DNA of 64,000 nucleotides, from the IMG/VR virus record IMGVR_UViG_3300022752_000013; one strand, given 5' to 3'. The translations under genes and the position numbers were made by a program. Shown here one piece after another: positions 57,501 to 64,000 of the stretch (position 1 is its first letter; each line of letters begins with the position of its first letter). This DNA comes from a virus (taxonomy: Duplodnaviria; Caudoviricetes). Under the pieces are notes generated by a model. The model did not search any database and had not been told where the DNA came from. It was given only the letters and a program-made list of their open reading frames with translations.

Positions 57501-58409
57501 ATGAATTTTGATTGCTATGCAATAACCACCTGGCCTGGTTATTGCTTTCAGACTGCCCTGTGCATTCGATCCATCCTTGAACATTTTCCACTGCGTCCCA
57601 TACACATCATTGTGGACACCGAGCATCACACAGGGTATCCGATCGCTACACCCTGGCCTGACTTTGAATCGGATCTCAAACAATACATTGCTGATCAACA
57701 CTTCAAAGCCGACATAGTATGGCACACAGTGGGTCAAGTACCTGCAATCAATCAATGTCCTGTGGGTTGGTGGCGTCAACAGTTAGTTAAACTGTGTTTG
57801 GATCAATACTTGCCCGGCAACTCTTGGTTGATCATAGACGCTGATATCATATTTGATCAGCCACTGACATTTGATCAAGTGCCGGTCAAAATAGATTGGT
57901 ACCGTGCTTTAGAAACTGATTCTATAACCCTGGGCAACAGACTATATGTCAAACACCTGCTTGGTACAGATGTCGACAGCATTACCTGCAATAATCTTCC
58001 AGCCTGTGCCAGTGCTGTACCGTTTAGACAACTTGATTGTAAGTTATTGACAGGCATACGAGCCCATGTGGAACAAATCCATCAACAAGACTTTGTTGAG
58101 ATGCATATAAAAATGTTTGAATCACAACAGATAGTAGGGTATGATCCCAAATGTCAGAGCATGGTCATGAGTGAATTTGAACTGATAGAAGTTTATAGGC
58201 ATATGACCCATCCTCTACCATTTCAAGCAGTACACTGGGATCACACCTTTGCTCTTGAATGCACTGGAGACTATCGTTTTAGACATAGCAGTCTGTCAGA
58301 CTGGGCCATTGGTCGTGAATGGTTACAAGCACAACGTCTCCAAATTTCAGATGCTCTATGGCAAAAGAGCAAACAGTTCCAGGAAAATATGCCACATTTG
58401 CGCAAATGA
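57501..58409 (+). CDS. Putative GT-A glycosyltransferase (DUF6492-like)
   Basis: GWWRQQLVKL followed by WLIIDADIIF (DxD motif). Confidence 0.55.
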   Translation: MNFDCYAITTWPGYCFQTALCIRSILEHFPLRPIHIIVDTEHHTGYPIATPWPDFESDLKQYIADQHFKADIVWHTVGQVPAINQCPVGWWRQQLVKLCLDQYLPGNSWLIIDADIIFDQPLTFDQVPVKIDWYRALETDSITLGNRLYVKHLLGTDVDSITCNNLPACASAVPFRQLDCKLLTGIRAHVEQIHQQDFVEMHIKMFESQQIVGYDPKCQSMVMSEFELIEVYRHMTHPLPFQAVHWDHTFALECTGDYRFRHSSLSDWAIGREWLQAQRLQISDALWQKSKQFQENMPHLRK

Positions 58410-58411
58410 CA

Positions 58412-58449
58412 TAAATACTATTGACACAGCAGACAAAAGCGCATATACT
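58412..58449 (+). promoter_or_regulatory. Tandem late (TAAATA) and sigma70 (TTGACA-17-TATACT) promoters of gp32
   Basis: TAAATA 58412-58417; TTGACA 58421-58426; TATACT 58444-58449. Confidence 0.85.
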
Positions 58450-58548
58450 ACTACTGTGTTTGCGCTTTTTCTTTTGTGGCACAGGCAACAATTGATCTAA
58501 GTAATTAGATAGGCAACATACATAGGCAACTTAACAAGGAGAAAAACT

Positions 58549-59544
58549 ATGGCATCATTATCAGAAATCAGAGCAAGACTACAGGCAGCAGAGAACAAAG
58601 GTGGGCAATCCACCGAGCGCGGTGATAATTCAATTTACCCGCACTGGAACATGGAAGAAGGCCAATCGGCTACACTACGCTTCCTACCTGATGGTAACTC
58701 TAAAAACACTTTCTTTTGGCAAGAACGGGCAATGATTCGTTTGCCATTCAACGGCATCAAAGGAGAGATGGACTCCAAGCAAGTTATGGTACAAGTACCT
58801 TGCGTGGAAATGTGGAACGAAGCCTGCCCAATCCTGGCAGAAGTTCGCACATGGTTCAAGGACAAAAGCCTTGAAGACATGGGTCGTAAGTACTGGAAGA
58901 AACGCAGTTACATTTTCCAAGGCTTTGTGCGTGAGAATCCCTTGAGCGATGACAAGTCACCTGAGAATCCAATTCGCCGATTCATCATTGGTCCACAAAT
59001 CTTCACAACTATCAAAGGAGCCTTGATGGATCCTGAGTTGGAAGAATTGCCAACAGACTATGTACGTGGTCTAGACTTCCGTGTTAGCAAAGGTGCCAAG
59101 GGAGGATTTGCTGACTACAATGGATCAAAGTGGGCACGTAAAGAGTCAGCACTCACAGAAGTGGAACAAGCGGCTGTGGATCAATACGGTTTATTTGACT
59201 TGAGCACATTCTTGCCCAAGAAGCCCTCTGATGTTGAGTTGAAAGTGATCAAAGAGATGTTTGAAGCATCAGTTGATGGTCAGCCATACGACACAGAGCG
59301 TTGGGGTCAATATTTCCGTCCTGCAGGTGTGCAAGCACCTGCTGGTGGATCCGCTCCGGCACCTGCGGCAGATGAGGACACACCTGCCCCGGCGGCGAAG
59401 CCAGCACTCAAAGTGGCGGCCCCGGTCAGCGACTTTGATGAAGATGACGCACCAGCACCAACTGCACCTGTGGCAAAACCTGCAGGCGGTGGACAAAAGG
59501 CCGAAGACATTTTGGCCATGATTCGTGCTAGACAACAAAAGTAA
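58549..59544 (+). CDS. gp32: Single-stranded DNA-binding protein
   Basis: ATLRFLP, CPIL, RKYWKKRSYI, RRFIIGPQIF, GLDFRV.K, ADY..SKW. Confidence 0.93.
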   Translation: MASLSEIRARLQAAENKGGQSTERGDNSIYPHWNMEEGQSATLRFLPDGNSKNTFFWQERAMIRLPFNGIKGEMDSKQVMVQVPCVEMWNEACPILAEVRTWFKDKSLEDMGRKYWKKRSYIFQGFVRENPLSDDKSPENPIRRFIIGPQIFTTIKGALMDPELEELPTDYVRGLDFRVSKGAKGGFADYNGSKWARKESALTEVEQAAVDQYGLFDLSTFLPKKPSDVELKVIKEMFEASVDGQPYDTERWGQYFRPAGVQAPAGGSAPAPAADEDTPAPAAKPALKVAAPVSDFDEDDAPAPTAPVAKPAGGGQKAEDILAMIRARQQK

Positions 59545-59553
59545 TCTAGCATC

Positions 59554-59583
59554 ACACACAGGGCTTGTCTCTGTGTGTTTTTC
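59554..59583 (+). terminator. Rho-independent terminator after gp32
   Basis: ACACACAGGG-CTTGT-CTCTGTGTGT followed by a T run. Confidence 0.7.
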
Positions 59584-59603
59584 TTTCTATACATAGGTAA
59601 ATC

Positions 59604-60662
59604 ATGGGAAAACCATTTGACGTAAGTAAGTTCCGTAAGGAAATTACAAAAAGTATTGACGGCCTTTCGATTGGCTTCAACGATCCAACAGACTGGATCT
59701 CAACAGGCAATTATGCCTTAAACTATTTGATCAGCGGAGACTTCAATCGTGGTATTCCACTGGGCAAGGTCACTGTGTTTGCTGGTGATTCTGGTGCAGG
59801 CAAAAGTTACATCTGTTCGGGTAACATTGTGAAAAACGCACAAGAGCAAGGCATCTTTGTGGTACTGATTGACAGTGAAAATGCTCTTGATGAAGATTGG
59901 CTTAAAGCACTAGGAGTCGATACCAGTGAAAGCAAATTGCTCAAGTTGAGCATGGCCATGATCGACGATGTGGCCAAAACAATTAGCACATTCATGAGCG
60001 ACTACAAAGCACTAGCCGAAGGCGAGCGTCCTAAAGTTATGTTTGTAATTGACTCACTGGGCATGTTGTTGACGCCTACAGACGTTAACCAGTTTGACGC
60101 AGGTGAAATGAAAGGTGACTTGGGTCGCAAACCCAAAGCACTCACAGCATTGGTTCGTAACTGTGTGAACATGTTTGGTAGTTACAACGTGGGTCTGGTT
60201 TGTACCAACCACACCTACGCAAGTCAAGACATGTTTGACCCAGATGACAAGATCTCCGGCGGTCAAGGCTTTATCTATGCATCAAGTATTGTGGTTGCCA
60301 TGAAAAAGATGAAACTCAAAGAAGATGAAGATGGCAACAAAGTATCTGAAGTAAACGGTATCCGTGCCGGGTGTAAAGTTATGAAAACACGCTATGCCAA
60401 ACCCTTTGAAGGTGTGCAGGTCAAGATTCCTTATACAACAGGTATGAGTCCGTATTCTGGTTTAGTTGACTTGATTGAAAAGAAAGAAATGCTCAAGCGT
60501 GAAGGTAACAGTCTGGTGTTTACCACAAGTGATGGAGAGATTATCAAGAAGTTTCGTAAGGCATGGGAAAAGAACGATGATTCATGCCTGGACAAGGTCA
60601 TGGCAGACTTTGGAAATCAGAAGGCAGAGGTAAGTACTCCGGAGGAAACAGCGGATGAGTGA
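59604..60662 (+). CDS. uvsX: RecA-like recombinase
   Basis: ISTGNYALN, AGDSGAGKS, IDSENA, VIDSLG, NHTY, ISGGQG. Confidence 0.95.
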   Translation: MGKPFDVSKFRKEITKSIDGLSIGFNDPTDWISTGNYALNYLISGDFNRGIPLGKVTVFAGDSGAGKSYICSGNIVKNAQEQGIFVVLIDSENALDEDWLKALGVDTSESKLLKLSMAMIDDVAKTISTFMSDYKALAEGERPKVMFVIDSLGMLLTPTDVNQFDAGEMKGDLGRKPKALTALVRNCVNMFGSYNVGLVCTNHTYASQDMFDPDDKISGGQGFIYASSIVVAMKKMKLKEDEDGNKVSEVNGIRAGCKVMKTRYAKPFEGVQVKIPYTTGMSPYSGLVDLIEKKEMLKREGNSLVFTTSDGEIIKKFRKAWEKNDDSCLDKVMADFGNQKAEVSTPEETADE

Positions 60663-60924
60663 AACAATAGCAAGTGAAATTTGGGGAGAACTCAAGCGTT
60701 TTGTAAACACAGTGGACCGTGCTGAAGCCGCTGAAACTGTGATACAGATCTTGATGGACAATGATAGTGACGTGGAAGACATTCGTGCGGCCTTCAAAGG
60801 TGATTCAGACATCAAACGTGCGCTGACCGCATATCTTGACAATGACAAAGACTATGTTGAAGACGAGGAAGAAGAAGATGTCGAAGACGAGGATTACAAC
60901 GAGGACGAAGACTGGGAAAATTAA
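60655..60924 (+). CDS. Small highly acidic protein
   Basis: 89 aa ending EDEEEEDVEDEDYNEDEDWEN; coupled to uvsX. Confidence 0.75.
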   Translation: MSETIASEIWGELKRFVNTVDRAEAAETVIQILMDNDSDVEDIRAAFKGDSDIKRALTAYLDNDKDYVEDEEEEDVEDEDYNEDEDWEN

Positions 60925-62180
60925 TGCCCAACAAGTTCTTTCCTATCACTACTGCTACCAGTTGTAGAAGCAAATGGTCCTGGAGTTCTTTGTATCTAAA
61001 TCAAGGTACCACTGCTTCCTGCCATCGATCAAGCGTATCAGACATACCCGACAATTTTGCTGACTTTCATAATACTCCTATCAAAATTCAAGATAGAAGT
61101 AGTATGCTACAAAATTTGTGGCCTGGCAACGGATGCGAATACTGTCGCGACATTGAAGATTCTGGGAGTACCAGTGATCGCCAATTTCAAAATCAAATTC
61201 CGGATGTGTATCCTCCTGAACTAGATTCTGATAGCACACTAACCAAAGTAGCACCAGTGGTATTAGAAGTATTTTTTTCTAATACTTGTAATCTAGCCTG
61301 TGTCTATTGTAGTCCAAAGTTTAGTTCTTCTATACAAACAGAAAATAAAAAGTTTGGTGGTGCAATACTACCAGAACTAAACTTTGAATACAGCGATAAT
61401 CTTTATAAAGATCTGGCTCCTAAATTTTGGAACTGGTTCAATCAACACAGTAAATCACTGAAGAGATTGCAAATTCTTGGGGGCGAGCCGTTTGTGCAAA
61501 AGGATCTGCACAGATTGATTGAATACTTTGATGACAATCCTTGCCCGGATCTTGAGTTCAACTTGGTTACCAATCTTAGTTTACCAACTGCACTGATTGA
61601 ACCCATATTAAAGAAATTGTGTACGCTAAAAAATCAAAATAAACTAAAACGCATTGACATCCAGGTCAGCGTTGACTGCTGGGGAGAGTCTCAGGAATAT
61701 ATCAGACACGGACTTGATTTGGACACTTTTGATCGTAATATGGATCTTATGATTTCTTTGGGCGCTTTTCGAATTGGACTGTTGTCAACAATTACATCTT
61801 TGTCTATTCCCACAATGCCAGAATTGGCAATAAAGTATAATCAATGGTGTACGCAACAAAAAATATTTTGGTACATGCATCTAGTGTTACCAAATAATAA
61901 AAGCGTTTTTGATCCTGCTATATTTGAGTATTCTCAATTTGAGTCATACTTGAATACAGTGTACGATTTATTGCCCAGAGACACATGGGATGACAAAACA
62001 ACACTAGAAAGTTTCAATGGCATTGTGGCCAAACTTAAACAATTTTGTAAAAAAGATACAGATAGACAAAACATTTTGATCAATTATCTAAATACAAATG
62101 ACACTAGAAGAACATCCAATTGGGGAGATATTTTTCCTTGGTTGGAAAAAATAACAGTAGATAAAAATCATGTGGTATAG
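60924..62180 (+). CDS. Radical SAM protein with N-terminal SPASM/twitch-like Cys cluster
   Basis: CNLACVYC; ILGGEPF; N-terminal CRSKW...SCHR...CEYC; visibly AT-richer than flanks. Confidence 0.9.
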   Translation: MPNKFFPITTATSCRSKWSWSSLYLNQGTTASCHRSSVSDIPDNFADFHNTPIKIQDRSSMLQNLWPGNGCEYCRDIEDSGSTSDRQFQNQIPDVYPPELDSDSTLTKVAPVVLEVFFSNTCNLACVYCSPKFSSSIQTENKKFGGAILPELNFEYSDNLYKDLAPKFWNWFNQHSKSLKRLQILGGEPFVQKDLHRLIEYFDDNPCPDLEFNLVTNLSLPTALIEPILKKLCTLKNQNKLKRIDIQVSVDCWGESQEYIRHGLDLDTFDRNMDLMISLGAFRIGLLSTITSLSIPTMPELAIKYNQWCTQQKIFWYMHLVLPNNKSVFDPAIFEYSQFESYLNTVYDLLPRDTWDDKTTLESFNGIVAKLKQFCKKDTDRQNILINYLNTNDTRRTSNWGDIFPWLEKITVDKNHVV

Positions 62181-62622
62181 TCGTGTAGTAGCCAGTCTTG
62201 GTGCCGTGCCTGATTTTATCAGCCACTACGAGCGTGAACTTGACGATGCCAAAAAGGACTGCAAAATCTCGGGCATAGTAGAAAAGAATATCACTGCCCT
62301 GCCCGGCATCACTGAGCACCGTTTTAATCAACTGCAAGAAATTGAAGCAGTACTAAACTATCTCAACATACAACTGCGAAAGATACGTAGAAAGCATTTC
62401 CAAAAGTACATGGAAAACTATGCTCGTGCCTTGACTTCAAGAGACGCTGAAAAGTACACGGACGGTGAGGACGAGGTAATTGACTATGAAACCTTGATCA
62501 ATGAAGTGGCGTACTTACGTAACCGCTGGTTAGGTATCCTTAAAGGACTAGATACTAAACAATGGCAAATGGGGCATGTTGTTAGATTACGCACTGCTGG
62601 CATGGAAGATATTCAGGTGTGA
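62170..62622 (+). CDS. uvsY: Recombination mediator
   Basis: YMENY.RAL..RD.EKY.DGEDEVI...INEV...LKGLD.KQW pattern; near uvsX. Confidence 0.8.
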   Translation: MWYSRVVASLGAVPDFISHYERELDDAKKDCKISGIVEKNITALPGITEHRFNQLQEIEAVLNYLNIQLRKIRRKHFQKYMENYARALTSRDAEKYTDGEDEVIDYETLINEVAYLRNRWLGILKGLDTKQWQMGHVVRLRTAGMEDIQV

Positions 62623-62647
62623 CCCGTTGTGAGTGATACATAACAGT

Positions 62648-63625
62648 ATGAAAAAGACCGCATTTGTTACAGGCATGACCGGCCAAGATGGCCCGTATCT
62701 TGCCAAATACCTAGTAGAAAAAGGCTACCATGTTTATGGGCTAGTCAAACGCTATTCAAATCCCAACCTGGAAAATATCAAATGGCTGGGCATTGAAAAC
62801 GACATTGAACTCATCACCGGTGACATCACTGATGAGAACAACATGAATCATCTCATGCAAAGCGTCAAGCCGCAGGAGGTGTATAACTTGGCAGCCCAAA
62901 GTTTTGTGGGCATCAGTTGGGAATTAAATAAACTCACCACAGAAGTTAATTGCATGGGAACATTGAATTTGCTCAACTCGATTCGCCAACACAATCCCAA
63001 TGCTCGATTCTACCAAGCATCCACATCAGAGATGTTTGGCAATGCCACGGAACCAGGACTGCAAGGTGAAACAACGCCATTCCGTCCTCGATCACCATAT
63101 GGAGTGAGCAAGTTGTACTCACATTGGATGACCATAAACTTCCGTGAGAGTTACAGTTTGTATGCTTGTTCTGGCATCTTGTTCAATCATGAATCTCCCT
63201 TGCGTGGTCGTGAATTTGTCACACGCAAGATCACAGATGCAGTGGCACGTATTAAATTAGGTTTGGCAGATGATGTCACCCTGGGCAATCTAGACAGTGC
63301 TAGAGATTGGGGATTCGCCGGTGACTTTGTGGAAGCCATGTGGTTGATGCTACAACAAGAAAAAGCCAGCGACTATGTGATTGCTACTGGGCAACAGCAC
63401 ACCATTGGTGACTTGTGTCGTGTGGCATTTGAACATGCAGGAATTCATGACTGGAAACATCTAGTAAAAAGTGATCCGCGATTTAAACGTCCAGCAGAAC
63501 TTTACAGTCTGCGTGGTGATAGTGCTCGTGCTAGAGAACAGTTGGGTTGGAAACCACGTACAGACTTTGACACCATGATCCGTAACATGGTGGATGCTGA
63601 TCTAGTGAGACTGCAACCTAGGTAG
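62648..63625 (+). CDS. gmd: GDP-mannose 4,6-dehydratase
   Basis: TGMTGQDGPYLA, YNLAAQSFV, FYQASTSEMFG, PRSPYGVSK, LFNHESPLRG.EFVTRKI, RDWG. Confidence 0.95.
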   Translation: MKKTAFVTGMTGQDGPYLAKYLVEKGYHVYGLVKRYSNPNLENIKWLGIENDIELITGDITDENNMNHLMQSVKPQEVYNLAAQSFVGISWELNKLTTEVNCMGTLNLLNSIRQHNPNARFYQASTSEMFGNATEPGLQGETTPFRPRSPYGVSKLYSHWMTINFRESYSLYACSGILFNHESPLRGREFVTRKITDAVARIKLGLADDVTLGNLDSARDWGFAGDFVEAMWLMLQQEKASDYVIATGQQHTIGDLCRVAFEHAGIHDWKHLVKSDPRFKRPAELYSLRGDSARAREQLGWKPRTDFDTMIRNMVDADLVRLQPR

Positions 63626-64000
63626 TAATCTTTGTAGAGGATAGCCCAAAGAAATCTCTTCCACAGTCCACTCTGTATGGGCGATATCTTCCAACCAAGC
63701 CGTGCGATCTGGCATCCACGGCTTTTCTATGTCCAACAGATTTAAATTGGCCACTGGTGCGGCTAGGCTATCCGCCCCAACAAATGCCGGCACACCTGCT
63801 ATAATGCTTTGACAACCCGGACCAGAGTTTTCATTGATCACACACCAGGCATTGGCTAGATCGATATCAAAATCAAATGTGTCGTATGTGTTGGCTAGTG
63901 GACGAGGTTGGCGTACAGTAACGCCTTCTATGCCGCTGATACGTTGTCTAGGGTGCGGTCGCACAACAATAGGCCTGTTGGTAATGGATTTAATTTTTTC
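63602..64000 (-). CDS. Partial capsule-biosynthesis-type (KpsC/KpsS-like GT-B) protein
   Basis: Frame open to the window end: EKIKSITNRPIVVRPHP...NSGPGCQSIIAGVPAFV. Confidence 0.55.
   Translation of the reverse strand, partial: EKIKSITNRPIVVRPHPRQRISGIEGVTVRQPRPLANTYDTFDFDIDLANAWCVINENSGPGCQSIIAGVPAFVGADSLAAPVANLNLLDIEKPWMPDRTAWLEDIAHTEWTVEEISLGYPLQRLLPRLQSH

Noticed and set aside
53932-60662. Introns or inteins in terminase, gp32 or uvsX
   Set aside because: Lengths and motif spacing are ordinary and no splicing motifs were seen
1-64000. Stop-codon reassignment as in some large phages
   Set aside because: Core genes are uninterrupted in the standard code, and TAG (12683, 47490, 63625) and TGA (22131, 50830) both end genes at sensible positions
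1-64000. tRNA or rRNA genes
   Set aside because: Intergenic gaps are at most about 140 bp and none showed a cloverleaf or T-loop signature by eye

Overview
A 64-kb, gene-dense segment of a large T4-like (myovirus) phage genome; no prophage or host sequence is evident. It holds most of the virion morphogenesis module: baseplate-hub/chaperone gene, tape measure with lysozyme domain, portal, prohead core/protease/scaffold, major capsid, neck gp13/14/15, sheath, tube, head completion and both terminase subunits. It also holds about 21.7 kb of giant Gly/Asn/Thr-repeat fibre genes, the start of the replication/recombination block (gp32, UvsX, UvsY), several glycosylation genes, a GIY-YIG homing endonuclease and a radical SAM enzyme. 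Late genes carry a T4-like TAAATA promoter; three non-structural genes have sigma70-type promoters. The standard genetic code fits. Most interesting: (1) a cluster of putative capsid-packaged proteins around the terminase genes, with T4-like capsid-targeting N-termini and polyprotein-like cassettes separated by Glu-ending (Q/K)G(M/V)AE-type linkers; (2) a candidate -1 frameshift (U UUU UUC) in the hub/chaperone gene beside the tape measure; (3) a candidate fibre glycosylation system; (4) structured RNA leaders at gp32, gp13 and ORF 11208. All family calls are by motif recognition and synteny; no searches were run.
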